Source: a virus
Lineage: Duplodnaviria; Caudoviricetes
Reading direction: 5' to 3' (one strand)
IMG/VR virus record: IMGVR_UViG_3300033414_000001
Location: 1 to 64,000 of that record
DNA: 64,000 nt
The number at the start of each line of letters is the position of its first letter. The stretch's first letter is position 1. The position numbers and the translations under genes were made by a program. Positions 34,849 to 44,970 of this stretch are shown here, one piece after another. The notes under the pieces were generated by a model, which was not told where the DNA came from, made no database searches, and saw only the letters and a list, made by a program, of their open reading frames with translations.

Positions 34849-35735
34849 GCCGGTTCTTCGCGCGCCCACCCACTGCGAATGAGGTGCGTCGACTGGAGGG
34901 AGGCGCCGCGTCCGAGCACGCAATGGCAAGCGCCAACCCCCCGCCGATGGACGCGGCCGGACGCCCGTTCATCCCCTCGCCTCCTCCCGCCGCGGCGATT
35001 TCCGCCCTCATGGACGAGTTCCGACTTACGACAGTGAGTGCGGCTCACCCGGGCACAATAGGGATCGGCAACGATCCGGATCTGGTTACCGGCTTCCTGT
35101 ATATCGAGGGAACCGGGCTGTCGACGGCTGCGCGAGTCGACGTGTTCCCGGTCAGTCCGGGAGATCCGAACGCTCCAGAAACGATCAACGTCCCGTTTCT
35201 TGTAGTTGGAGATTCCGAACTGAGGATTCAGGGCATCGGAATCACGACTACCCACGGCCCTCCCCCAATCACGATCCCGAGCGGTGCATACCGGGTACGG
35301 GTCACCCTGGCCGACTCGACCGTGCTCGTTTCCGGCGCGACGTGGAACTTCAACCTCACCGATATCGCAATCACGCGGCTTCACCTGCTCGGGGATACGC
35401 CGCATGAGCTTGACGTGACCCCGTCTACTCCCGGAACGCTGCACTTGGCTGCGGGATCGGGAGATCTGAGGATCTACGGAGCTTTGCTCGGGACCGGGCT
35501 CATCGTGTCTGTTGACTTCATTCCGGTTACGCCAGGAGATCCGAATTCCCCACTGCTGCTGGGTGTTCCGCTTTCGATCGATCTCGCGAACTATACACTC
35601 CTGGTTACCTGGGCCGATGCGGTGGCGGCGCGCAATCTGGCGGGAGGCAACAGCTCGTGCCTCTACTACGTCCAGGTCAACTCCAGCTACAGCACCGTGG
35701 ACTCCTCGACGTGGGGCGTCGTCAATATTCAATGA
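34845..35735 (+). CDS. Protein with two Ig/IPT-like repeats
   Basis: Internal duplication LYIEGTGL..VDVFPVSPGDPNAP / LRIYGALLGT..VDFIPVTPGDPNSP. Confidence 0.5.
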   Translation: MSRFFARPPTANEVRRLEGGAASEHAMASANPPPMDAAGRPFIPSPPPAAAISALMDEFRLTTVSAAHPGTIGIGNDPDLVTGFLYIEGTGLSTAARVDVFPVSPGDPNAPETINVPFLVVGDSELRIQGIGITTTHGPPPITIPSGAYRVRVTLADSTVLVSGATWNFNLTDIAITRLHLLGDTPHELDVTPSTPGTLHLAAGSGDLRIYGALLGTGLIVSVDFIPVTPGDPNSPLLLGVPLSIDLANYTLLVTWADAVAARNLAGGNSSCLYYVQVNSSYSTVDSSTWGVVNIQ

Positions 35736-35747
35736 ATTGAGGACCAA

Positions 35748-37730
35748 ATGAGCGGATTCATTCGTCGATTCGGATTCTTCCCTGGCGTAGAGGTAATCAC
35801 GCAGATCGAAGGCGCCGTAGTCATCGACCAGCCGCCCCCCAGCGCAATCCAGGGCGTCGGCACTGGAGTTGTCGGCATCGTGGGCGAATTCTCTGACATG
35901 ACGTTCGCCGTGCAGGTCGACGGATCCGGTAATGTCTCCAGCAAGCCGCAGCCCGTCGAAATCCTGTCCGCCAAGGACCTGACCGACAAGCTCGGCGGCT
36001 GGGACGAGACCATCGGGGAGTTCGGAGTTTCGGGCGGGAACGGGTTCGCAGCGCTTCGAAACAAGCGCTTCTCGCGACTCGTTGCCGTGCCCGTGAACCT
36101 GGCATCGAGTAAGGGGATCCGCGTTTTCCGTCAGCTTCCCACCAACGCGTCGGCAACCAGCGCGACCCCGATCGTGCCGATGCAGGCGGGCTCAGTCGTG
36201 GCTGGGCGCGAATTCAAGTCTGGAGCAAATCGAGTCCGGGTCGCGGCGCGCGTCGACTTCACGTCCGATCTCCACTACGACTCGGGGATCGATGGCGCCG
36301 TGACAGCAGCAGGCGCGCCGGCCGCGACGCAAAGCTTCTCCAGCGCGGGCGGCGACTTCGTCAACAAGGGCGTCCGCGCGGGCGATCTGCTCGTTCTCGG
36401 AGTCATCGGCGGAGCGCTGGGGCTGGGCTCGAATGCGGCGACGTACCGGGTCAACGCGGTGACGAGTGCCACCGCTCTCGTTCTGGAGAAGCTCGACGGC
36501 TCGTCCTTCGACTGGGTCACCACGGTGGCGATGCCGTGGCGATTGCATGCGGGCGTGGCCGGCGATTCGGCCAGCCCCGGGTTCGCCATCACGGCGGCGG
36601 GAGGAGCGACGATTCCAGCTCGACCTCTCGATATCACGGTGGTGGGCTCCACGGCCCTCATCCCGTCAGTGGTGCCTGCTGCGCCTACCGCGACATCCTG
36701 GGATCCGCTGTCCGGGCTCGGAGCCGTTACCAGCCCCGGCACGCCGGCCGGCGATCTCGTCTACACCGCGGCGGTGCAGGCGCCGAATGCCGTCTCCAGC
36801 GCGTCCTTCGATGCGCTGTACCAGGCCTGCCTTCAGGCGCTCTTGGCCGACGCCTACCCAGCGAGAGACGTGGTTATCGCATGGTGCGCTCGCACTAGCG
36901 CGACGATCCGGTCGCTGCTCAAGACGCATGCCTTGACCGCCTCCGAGCAGTCTGGACGCGTCGCGGTCGTGTCGCCAGAGATCAGCCAGTTCACCGAATC
37001 CACGGTGGTGGGCGACGCCAGCCCGGGAGTCGGAGCGACTCGCGACGAGCGCGTATTCTACGAGTGGCCCGGAGCTCTCAACTTCGTCCCGGAGGCCGTC
37101 GGGTTCCTCGTGAAGACGGCGCTGGGGGGCACGACGGCAGACGGCATGCTGGACGACCGATGCGATGGATGGCTGGCCTCCGTGCTCTCCAATCTGCCGC
37201 CCGAGCAGAACCCGGGGCAAAGCGGAGAGCCGATCGCCACCGTGATGTCGCCCATCCAGGGCTTCCAACGTGGCGTCGGGCCGTTCGCGCTTGCCGACTA
37301 CATCCTGTTCAAGCAGCGCGGGATCGCCGCGCTTCGCCTGGATCAGGACGCGGGACCGATCTTCCAGAGCGGCATCACGTCCTCGCTGACCTCTGGTCAA
37401 AAGAACATCTCGCGACGACGGATGGCCGACTTCATTCAGGATTCCCTGGCGCGAGGGATGAACAAGTTCGCGAAGAAGCTGATGACCCCGGCCCTCAAGG
37501 ACGACGTGGTAGTGGAGGTGCAGTCCTTCCTGGAGGGTCTGCTGTCCCCGAACAATCCGCCGGCTCAGCGAATCGGCGCCTTCTCTCTCGACTCGAAGAG
37601 CGGGAATACGCCGGATCTGGAAGCGCGAGGGATCTTCGTGGTGATTTCGCGCGTTCGGACGCTGGCCAGCGCCGACGACATTGTGGCTCAAACCGAGATC
37701 GGAGAGAACGTCAACGTCACGGTTGCGTAG
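35748..37730 (+). CDS. Tail sheath protein
   Basis: 660 aa; GVVGIVGEF, ISRRRMADFIQDSL, C-terminal sheath domain. Confidence 0.9.
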   Translation: MSGFIRRFGFFPGVEVITQIEGAVVIDQPPPSAIQGVGTGVVGIVGEFSDMTFAVQVDGSGNVSSKPQPVEILSAKDLTDKLGGWDETIGEFGVSGGNGFAALRNKRFSRLVAVPVNLASSKGIRVFRQLPTNASATSATPIVPMQAGSVVAGREFKSGANRVRVAARVDFTSDLHYDSGIDGAVTAAGAPAATQSFSSAGGDFVNKGVRAGDLLVLGVIGGALGLGSNAATYRVNAVTSATALVLEKLDGSSFDWVTTVAMPWRLHAGVAGDSASPGFAITAAGGATIPARPLDITVVGSTALIPSVVPAAPTATSWDPLSGLGAVTSPGTPAGDLVYTAAVQAPNAVSSASFDALYQACLQALLADAYPARDVVIAWCARTSATIRSLLKTHALTASEQSGRVAVVSPEISQFTESTVVGDASPGVGATRDERVFYEWPGALNFVPEAVGFLVKTALGGTTADGMLDDRCDGWLASVLSNLPPEQNPGQSGEPIATVMSPIQGFQRGVGPFALADYILFKQRGIAALRLDQDAGPIFQSGITSSLTSGQKNISRRRMADFIQDSLARGMNKFAKKLMTPALKDDVVVEVQSFLEGLLSPNNPPAQRIGAFSLDSKSGNTPDLEARGIFVVISRVRTLASADDIVAQTEIGENVNVTVA

Positions 37731-37784
37731 TTAGGGCAAGCGGCGTAGCATCTGCCCGTCGCCGCACCGTGTCCGCCGCACGGA

Positions 37785-37830
37785 ATAGGGCGGGTCGTTC
37801 TCTCCAGAGACGACCCGCCCTATCTGTTTT
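37785..37830 (+). terminator. Strong hairpin between sheath and tube genes
   Basis: 14-bp perfect stem ATAGGGCGGGTCGT/ACGACCCGCCCTAT followed by CTGTTTT. Confidence 0.6.
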
Positions 37831-37847
37831 CGAAAAGGACGAAAGTC

Positions 37848-38282
37848 ATGGCACAGAGGATCAAAGGTCAGGAAGTATCACTGTCCGTCATCATCGACGG
37901 AAGAGCTCTTGAGGCGGCGGCCGACTTCAGGAGCTTCGAGGTCGCCCCGAAGCTGGATAAGAAGGAAGAGGGGTACCTCGGCGAAACCACGAATCGGTAC
38001 GACGAGATCTTCAACGGTGTCCGAGGGCGGGCCGAACTGCATTTCGAGAGTCAGGAGATCTTCACGCTCATGCAGGCGGTGATCGATCGGGCTACTCGGA
38101 GGACGCCGGGGGTGCAGGTCAACATCAAGGCGACGCTGCAATTCCCCAACGGGCAACGTCTCCGCGTCGCGCTCCGGGACGTGGTCTTCGGGGAGATGCC
38201 CATCAACTTCGGCAGCCGCGCGGATTACGGCGCCATGACGCTCGATTTCGAGTGCTCGAACATCGCCGTCATCACGGCATAG
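37848..38282 (+). CDS. Tail tube protein
   Basis: 144 aa after sheath; EEGYLGETTNRYDEIFNG. Confidence 0.8.
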   Translation: MAQRIKGQEVSLSVIIDGRALEAAADFRSFEVAPKLDKKEEGYLGETTNRYDEIFNGVRGRAELHFESQEIFTLMQAVIDRATRRTPGVQVNIKATLQFPNGQRLRVALRDVVFGEMPINFGSRADYGAMTLDFECSNIAVITA

Positions 38283-38292
38283 GAGAAACAGC

Positions 38293-38664
38293 ATGGGAGC
38301 ATTGGAGACTCATCTCGACGCGCAGAAGCGGGCGCGAGCCATCTACGCGTACGTCGTCCCTGAGAGCATCCCGGGCGAAATCAAGACGGTGGAGTTGACG
38401 GAACTGACGGCCGAGGAGGAACTGCAGGCCATCAGGCGAGCCAACGACAACGCCATGAAGGCCGGGTATGAGGCGCTGAAGCAGGCGCTCGTCTCGGTCA
38501 ACGGGAACAGGGTGACGGTCGCGGACGGCTCGGCCGATCTCGCGTTCGACTCCATGCACCCGAAGCTGCGCAATCTGCTGATGGCTGAGTACGCCGATCT
38601 GACTCATCCGTCAGAGGAGAACATGAAGGATTTTCGCGGGAGCCGCACCGTCAAGGTCGGGTGA
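38293..38664 (+). CDS. Tail assembly chaperone (G-like)
   Basis: Between tube and tape measure. Confidence 0.7.
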   Translation: MGALETHLDAQKRARAIYAYVVPESIPGEIKTVELTELTAEEELQAIRRANDNAMKAGYEALKQALVSVNGNRVTVADGSADLAFDSMHPKLRNLLMAEYADLTHPSEENMKDFRGSRTVKVG

Positions 38665-38870
38665 CGTTCGCGGCGTTCCTGCTCGCACGCAGCAAGTCGG
38701 ATCGCGAGCGGGACATCTGGCGTCTCGTCGCCTTCCTTGGGAGGTACGCCCATCAGCCGGCTGACGCAATTCTGCAACGCCCGCTGAGCGAACTGCGCAG
38801 ACTGGCGGACGCTACCGGTACGCTACTGGAAGAAGAGGGCGAAGCGATGGCGAGAGCGAGCTCGACTTGA
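38661..38870 (+). CDS. Tail assembly chaperone extension (T-like, -1 frame)
   Basis: -1 frame open from G GAT TTT (38628-38634) to 38870. Confidence 0.55.
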   Translation: MTFAAFLLARSKSDRERDIWRLVAFLGRYAHQPADAILQRPLSELRRLADATGTLLEEEGEAMARASST

Positions 38871-38878
38871 GGTGATGC

Positions 38879-40579
38879 GTGGCGCATGAGGTCCAGGCAG
38901 ACTTCAAGGTCAACGCGGCCCCCGGGCTCGCCGCGATCGAGCGCCTATCTGCCGGGTTCGATCGCATCTCGCGAACGGTGGGGACGCTGGCCGCGGTTGG
39001 TGGTTCGCTTGCCGGCGCCTTCTCGTTGCAGAAGATCGTCGAGACCACGAAAGAGCACTACGGTGCGGTGAAGCGCCTCTCGCAACTCACCGGGCTCTCG
39101 ACTGAGAAGGCGGACGGGCTGACCGAGGCGTTCGGGAAGGTGGGAATCGGAATCGGAGAGGCAGAGCAAATCCTGCTTGGGATGAGCCGACGCGCCAGCA
39201 TGATGGATCTGAGCATGCAGGGCGTGATGCGCAGCGGAGGCGGGACGAAGGCGTTGTTCCGAGCGCTGGGCGTAGACATCCGGAAGGGCCCAGAGGAGGC
39301 CCTGATTCGACTCTCTGCACTCTATCGCGCAGGCAAGGTCGACGTGACGCAGCTCGGGGCCGCATTCGGGGTCCCGCGAACGGCCGCGCTCGACTTCGCG
39401 AATCTGCTCCGTCGCGGCCCGGAATATCTAAAAGAAACGATCGCGGAAGCCAAGAAGTTCGGCATTCGAGAAGATCAGATGAAGGCGTTCAGCCGGATGA
39501 AGCTGGCGGGCGCGGAAGCCGCCGAGGCGTTCGAGCAGATGCAGGTGGTGATCGGCGGGGAGTTGCTGCCGATCCTCGCCGAACTGATGGAATCCGCCAC
39601 CGCGAAAATCAAGGAATGGATGCCTCATGTCAGGGCATTCGGCGCCTTCCTGAGAGACAATCTGTCGGCTGCCTTGCGCACCGTCGTCACCATCGGCAAG
39701 GCGATGATCGCCAATTACGCTATCATGAAGGCGACGGCGGCGCTCCAGTTGAAAGCGGTGGGGGCCGCACCCGGAGCGCCAGGGGGGTTCGGGGTCTCCG
39801 GCCTTCTGGGGCATCTCAAGAAATTCGCACTGGGTGGAGCAGCTCCAGGCTATGGGGCTATCGCACGCACCGGAAACGTGCTGGGTAGAGTGCCCGGCCT
39901 TGCCGGCACGTTTGGCGGTTTCGCAGGCATGGGGAACGTCACCATGCTGTTGCGAGTGTTTTCGGCGGTGGGCAGGCTGACGCTCATCGGCGCAGCAGCG
40001 ATGATCGCCTGGAAGGCCTTCGGAGCTATCCGGGACAACGCGCTCGGCGTGCGAGATCGGCTACTGGAATTCTGGAATCGTCTCAAGGGACACTTCGCGG
40101 TCATCGCCAAACTGTTCGCTCCAGTTGGGAAGCTGTTCGGTAAGGACGGCGCGGTGGGGAAGTTCTTCACCGTGATCGTGGTGGGCGCAATCGATGCCCT
40201 GATGATGGCCGTGGATGGCCTGATGCAGTTCATCGAGATGATGGTCATCTTCTGGAAGAGGGTGATTGACGAGCCAAGCCGATTACTGCACCCAATCGAC
40301 ACGCTCGGCGACGCGGCGATCGAAGCTGCGAAAATGCATCGAGATGCGATGAAGGCGCAGGAGTCGGAGCGTCTAGCGACGCGCGCCACGGATCTCAAGA
40401 CGCCCGCAGAGCGCGGGGGAACAAGTTTCAATTTCCCAAACGCTCGCTTCGACATCGTACAGAAATTCGAAGAGGGGTACGATCCCGACAGGATTGCGGT
40501 CGCCTTTGCGAACGACATCGCGGCCCTAGGCGAAAGAAGACTCCAGTCCGGATTCAGCCCGCTGTACGCCGTTCGGTGA
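38879..40579 (+). CDS. Tape measure protein
   Basis: 566 aa helical Ala/Gly-rich, after chaperones. Confidence 0.8.
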   Translation: MAHEVQADFKVNAAPGLAAIERLSAGFDRISRTVGTLAAVGGSLAGAFSLQKIVETTKEHYGAVKRLSQLTGLSTEKADGLTEAFGKVGIGIGEAEQILLGMSRRASMMDLSMQGVMRSGGGTKALFRALGVDIRKGPEEALIRLSALYRAGKVDVTQLGAAFGVPRTAALDFANLLRRGPEYLKETIAEAKKFGIREDQMKAFSRMKLAGAEAAEAFEQMQVVIGGELLPILAELMESATAKIKEWMPHVRAFGAFLRDNLSAALRTVVTIGKAMIANYAIMKATAALQLKAVGAAPGAPGGFGVSGLLGHLKKFALGGAAPGYGAIARTGNVLGRVPGLAGTFGGFAGMGNVTMLLRVFSAVGRLTLIGAAAMIAWKAFGAIRDNALGVRDRLLEFWNRLKGHFAVIAKLFAPVGKLFGKDGAVGKFFTVIVVGAIDALMMAVDGLMQFIEMMVIFWKRVIDEPSRLLHPIDTLGDAAIEAAKMHRDAMKAQESERLATRATDLKTPAERGGTSFNFPNARFDIVQKFEEGYDPDRIAVAFANDIAALGERRLQSGFSPLYAVR

Positions 40580-40583
40580 TCGC

Positions 40584-41693
40584 GTGGCTCAGCTCTTCAC
40601 TTCCGATCTGTCGCCGGCAAGCGGCTTCATCATTGAGGAGCTGTCCGGGAACAAGCGGACCATTCTGCTCACGGATCGCGCGCTCCCTTACCGGCCGCTA
40701 TCTCTGTCCGGAACCATGCGCGTCCAGATCACACGCTACGCCGGGAACCCGGTGGCCACCTCGCAAGTTCTCGGCGCCCAAGAAGAGCCAACATCCATCA
40801 CGGGCTTCTGGAAAGACCGCTTCCTCCAGGGCTCGACCTTCGCGCAGATCGACAATGTCCCTGTCGCCAACGTCCGCGAGCTGGTGACGATCGTCGACGA
40901 CGTGCGACGCAAGGGGCAACTCGTAGAGGTGCGCTGGGACGAGCAGACGAGACAAGGCCAACTGGTAAGGTTTGACCAGAAGTGGCACAACCCGCACGAC
41001 GTGGAATGGGAGATCCAGTTCGAGTGGATTTCGCAAGGGGAAGCCAACCCGCCGCCCGCCGGAAATCTGCCAGACTTGTCGGACTTGGCGGCCGAACTGA
41101 TCGCCGTTTCGCAGACGACCGCCTCCGTAAGCCCGCCTTCACTACTGGATCGTGTAGCCCAATTCGCGGTCGACATGCAGGTACTTCAGGAGGCCATCAT
41201 CGCCACCGCCGACGAGGCGCGGCAGGTGGTCATCAACACCGTGAATGCCGTGTCACCCCCGTTGACCGCCGCGAGTCGTACGCTGGCCGTCCTGGACACC
41301 GCGCGACGCGAGGCGCAAGGCCTCATGGACTTCGCGCAGCAAGACGTGAGCCGGAGCATTGTGCAACAGCCGGCAGCGGATGTGTCGTTCGGGAAAACGC
41401 TGGCCTGCTCGCTGTATCTGGCGCGTGCGCGGCAAGCAGCGAAGGCGACGCGCGCCACTGCGGTGAATCGAGGAGTCGATCTCCAGGCGACAACCGGGGC
41501 GCGGTCGTCTGTCATCAGCGTCCGAGTGCGCGACGGCGAGAATCTCCGCTCCATTTCCACGCGGGTCTACGGCAACCAGGACGGGTGGAGACGAATCGCG
41601 CAATTCAACGGGCTCGTTACGTCTGACGTGCCGGCGGGGACGCTCGTCCTTGTCCCGCAGACATCGCCGGCCCAAGCGCAGGGGGCAGCCTGA
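40584..41693 (+). CDS. Baseplate tube-initiator with C-terminal LysM-like domain
   Basis: VRDGENLRSISTRVYGNQDGWRRIAQFNGL...GTLVLVP. Confidence 0.75.
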   Translation: MAQLFTSDLSPASGFIIEELSGNKRTILLTDRALPYRPLSLSGTMRVQITRYAGNPVATSQVLGAQEEPTSITGFWKDRFLQGSTFAQIDNVPVANVRELVTIVDDVRRKGQLVEVRWDEQTRQGQLVRFDQKWHNPHDVEWEIQFEWISQGEANPPPAGNLPDLSDLAAELIAVSQTTASVSPPSLLDRVAQFAVDMQVLQEAIIATADEARQVVINTVNAVSPPLTAASRTLAVLDTARREAQGLMDFAQQDVSRSIVQQPAADVSFGKTLACSLYLARARQAAKATRATAVNRGVDLQATTGARSSVISVRVRDGENLRSISTRVYGNQDGWRRIAQFNGLVTSDVPAGTLVLVPQTSPAQAQGAA

Positions 41694-43573
41694 TGCCAGT
41701 CATCAATCCGGATCAGGCCCAGTTCTTCCCGTCTTGCGTGGTCAATCTGCGCGTGCGATTCGACGAGTCACTGAAGGTTTCGAATCGAGATCTGCCCGGC
41801 CCTCTCACGCTGGCGGATCCGCTTGTCCAGCGCAGGGCCGCGTTCCCGTCACTCGATCAGGTCATGGCAGACGTGGGTCGCCCACTGGTGATGGGCGCAC
41901 CGCAGGACGACATGTCGTACATCCTCAACCGGCTGCCGAAGGAGGCGAGCGTCGATCTCTCCGGTTACCGGCAGGCCGGGAAGTGGAGTCTGACGTTCGA
42001 CTATCGAGACTTCCCAATCGACCCTCGCGCGGTGCGATCTATGGCCGTGGAGATCCACCTGGGGGCCGTGCCGCCGGCCGACTTCGCTGAAGGCATGGTG
42101 CGAATCGATCCGAGAGTGGGGAGACGATCCGTGCTCCAGACGCGCGTCAACGGAGTCATGCGCGAGGACACGCTGCTTGTCATGGGGACCGCCGACAGCA
42201 TCCACAGCGAGTGGGCGAGCCAGGGATCCTGGGTGAAGATGGAGGGCCGAGATCTGCGCGGCATCTTCCTCGACGCCGCCGCGCGGCCGGATCTGCTCAG
42301 CAAGCTGGACCTGCGTCGACCAATCGATCAGGTAGTGGAGCAGATCCTCAGCCAACACGCGTTCGGCGGTTCCGTGCGGGTCGTCGTGAACGAAGATGAC
42401 TGGCCCGATCGAAAGGTGCCGAGCCCCGGGGAAGCCCAGGACATGACGCGCGTGAACATGGGGGCAGCCGGGAGTGCGCCCAACATGCGCCCGCAGGGGG
42501 ACCCGCACAAGTTGTCGGTCTGGGACATCATCACGAGCTACTGCTATCTGGTCGGAGCGATCCCGTACTTCGTCGGGCAACGTCTCCGAGTTCGCCCAGC
42601 ACGCTCACTGTACGACTACCAGAAAAAGGCAGGATTCGACCCAGGCGTCCCGACTCCGTTCGCGGGAGGGAAGCAGCGCACCGTAGATACCGAGCAGGGG
42701 CCAAGGCGGATCAATCTTCGACAGATGGTCTTTGGTCGCAACATCGAAAGGCTGGAGTTCGAGCGCAAGCTCGCTGGGACCAAGGTTCCCGTCGTCGAGG
42801 TCGTGAGCCTAGACACATCCAGCGAGACGCGGGGGCGCGGGAAGCTGCTCATCGTTCGTTACCCACCGCCGGACCCAAGCGACACGCCGTCCGTCGGAGA
42901 AATGCCGGCCTCCGAGCCGGTGCCCGCGAGCAACGAGGAGGCGGGCCAGTCGTCCGCCGGGGCCGCGAACACGAGCGTCGCCCCATCAGGCGGCGCAGTG
43001 GATCGGCAGGTCATCCGGATCCCGGTGGCCGGCATCCGCTCCAAGGAGCGGCTCCGCCGCATCGCTCAGGACATCTACGAGGAAATCGGGCGAGGCGAAA
43101 TGGGCGGGAAGATCCAGACCAAGTCGCTCGCGAGCTTCGGCGGCGGGAACTCCGATCCCGACCTGTTGTTCCTGCGGCCCGGAGACCCGATCGAACTTCT
43201 CTTCGATGCGCGCTCCCTGCAATCGTCCCCGCCGCTTGCCAGCGACATCACGGACGTTGAGGCTCGTCTTCCCTTCGATGAGGCCGTTCGACAACTCACG
43301 GAGCGTCTAGGGGACGCGAACCTCGCTCGCGTCTTGGTCGCTACGTCTCGCGGGCAAGTGGACAAGCTCCAGAGCTTCTTTCGTGTCGCCAATGTTCACT
43401 TCGGGTTCTCTGCGGATTCCGGAGTAGATATCGCCTTCGACTTCCAGAACTACGTGGAATCCAGATACAACGTCACGAAGCAGGAGGAGAACAAGGCAGC
43501 GCCACGCACTACCGTGGTTCGCACCGTCGCATCCCGTCAGCCGGCCGCAGCGTCGTTCCTTCCGAGTCACTGA
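41693..43573 (+). CDS. Baseplate hub protein
   Basis: 626 aa; KMEGRDLRGIFLD; position before the spike gene. Confidence 0.75.
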   Translation: MPVINPDQAQFFPSCVVNLRVRFDESLKVSNRDLPGPLTLADPLVQRRAAFPSLDQVMADVGRPLVMGAPQDDMSYILNRLPKEASVDLSGYRQAGKWSLTFDYRDFPIDPRAVRSMAVEIHLGAVPPADFAEGMVRIDPRVGRRSVLQTRVNGVMREDTLLVMGTADSIHSEWASQGSWVKMEGRDLRGIFLDAAARPDLLSKLDLRRPIDQVVEQILSQHAFGGSVRVVVNEDDWPDRKVPSPGEAQDMTRVNMGAAGSAPNMRPQGDPHKLSVWDIITSYCYLVGAIPYFVGQRLRVRPARSLYDYQKKAGFDPGVPTPFAGGKQRTVDTEQGPRRINLRQMVFGRNIERLEFERKLAGTKVPVVEVVSLDTSSETRGRGKLLIVRYPPPDPSDTPSVGEMPASEPVPASNEEAGQSSAGAANTSVAPSGGAVDRQVIRIPVAGIRSKERLRRIAQDIYEEIGRGEMGGKIQTKSLASFGGGNSDPDLLFLRPGDPIELLFDARSLQSSPPLASDITDVEARLPFDEAVRQLTERLGDANLARVLVATSRGQVDKLQSFFRVANVHFGFSADSGVDIAFDFQNYVESRYNVTKQEENKAAPRTTVVRTVASRQPAAASFLPSH

Positions 43574-43574
43574 G

Positions 43575-44198
43575 ATGCTATCCCGAACGCGAGTCTCCGG
43601 ATCGATAGACGCGGCGCGACTGGCCGCGCTGGTCTCTCGTCCCGGAATCGACCCGAGGATCTGGGCCAGCATCGGCATCGTGACCGCCGTACTCGTGGAG
43701 ACGGAAGGCGTGTTCGCCGACGTAACTCTGGTCCCCTCGCAACTGGAGACGACCGCGCGCGTGGCGTCCATCTACGCTGGCCCCGGGTTCGGTCTCTACG
43801 TTCCAGTAGAGATCGACGATGAGGTCCAGGTGACGTGCCCGAGCGGTGATCCTGCCGAGGGGCTCGTCATCCTGCCGCGCCTCTGGTCGAGGTCCGATTC
43901 CGTCCCGCCCGCGGCCGTGGCGCATCAGGCTGACCTAGTTCTGGTTGTCAGGGATGGCCGCAATCTGCGCATCGACGTATCAGGAGGCGGAACGGTCCAG
44001 TTCAACGGAGACTCGGATGCGCTGGCGCTGGCGTCGAAGGTCAGGGCCAATCTCGATCGATTGCAGCAGAGCTTCGACGCCCACACCCATCCGTTTGTGG
44101 CGCAGGCAGGGCCAAACGCGCTGATCACGGCGGTTACGGCGACGCCGGTGGGCGCGCTGCCCGGCACCGGGTCGACGATCGTCAAGGCGGGAGCGTAG
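43575..44198 (+). CDS. Baseplate spike (gpV/gp45-like)
   Basis: PVEIDDEVQV..PSGDP OB-fold; C-terminal HTH-P motif (AHTHP). Confidence 0.8.
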   Translation: MLSRTRVSGSIDAARLAALVSRPGIDPRIWASIGIVTAVLVETEGVFADVTLVPSQLETTARVASIYAGPGFGLYVPVEIDDEVQVTCPSGDPAEGLVILPRLWSRSDSVPPAAVAHQADLVLVVRDGRNLRIDVSGGGTVQFNGDSDALALASKVRANLDRLQQSFDAHTHPFVAQAGPNALITAVTATPVGALPGTGSTIVKAGA

Positions 44199-44201
44199 AC
44201 G

Positions 44202-44960
44202 ATGCCCATTTCCTTCGCGTCCGCTGCGCCCCTCGACGCCAAGACGACCCGAGTCATCCTGACCGGAGCTCCGCTTGCGCTCTCGAAGGCGCAGAGCGGC
44301 GACGCGCTCAATCCGGAAACATGGGCAGTGACCTCAGTTGGGCCGCTCCAGCCTGGCGCGGCGTTGCACGTGCTTGCCGCGACGCTTTCGGGCGCGGCCC
44401 AGGTGGACGTGAGCACATCCGAGGATCTGCTACCGTACCCCAGCATACTGCGCATCGCGGCCCCGACTTTGCGCGATTCGACTGGAGCTGTCATCGTCGC
44501 TCCCACATCCAGTGACTTCCCGGGGCTGGCTCCCTCCGGCGCTCGCCCGTCCGCGACGAACCCGCAGGCTGGTCCGGTCGATCTCCGGAATCTTCAAGCT
44601 CCGTCCGACAGCTACGGCGGCACGCTGGTGATGACGCCGGCCGGCGACTACGCGATCGAGTCAGGTTCCTCGCTCGTCAAGAAGCTCATGCTGCGGCGTC
44701 TGCTCACCGACCCGGGCGGCTTCTTCCACCTGCCGAACTACGGCGTGGGATTGCGCGAAAAGCGCCTGTATACAGCGTCGCGGCTGGTCCAGGTCAAGAA
44801 GGAGGTCGAGCGCCAGATGCTGTTGGAGCCGGAGGTCGAGGCGGTGTCGGCAACCGTAACCCTGGATCCGAACGGCATTCTCACCATTCAGTTGCGCGCT
44901 CGACTCCGCTCGTCAGGCGTGCCGCTTGAAGCGACCGCGCGAGTGCCGCTGATGCTGTAG
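44202..44960 (+). CDS. Baseplate wedge gp25/W-like protein with N-terminal extra domain
   Basis: RRLLTDPG..FHLPNYGVGL...LEPEVE. Confidence 0.75.
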   Translation: MPISFASAAPLDAKTTRVILTGAPLALSKAQSGDALNPETWAVTSVGPLQPGAALHVLAATLSGAAQVDVSTSEDLLPYPSILRIAAPTLRDSTGAVIVAPTSSDFPGLAPSGARPSATNPQAGPVDLRNLQAPSDSYGGTLVMTPAGDYAIESGSSLVKKLMLRRLLTDPGGFFHLPNYGVGLREKRLYTASRLVQVKKEVERQMLLEPEVEAVSATVTLDPNGILTIQLRARLRSSGVPLEATARVPLML

Positions 44961-44970
44961 GAGCCCGCCA

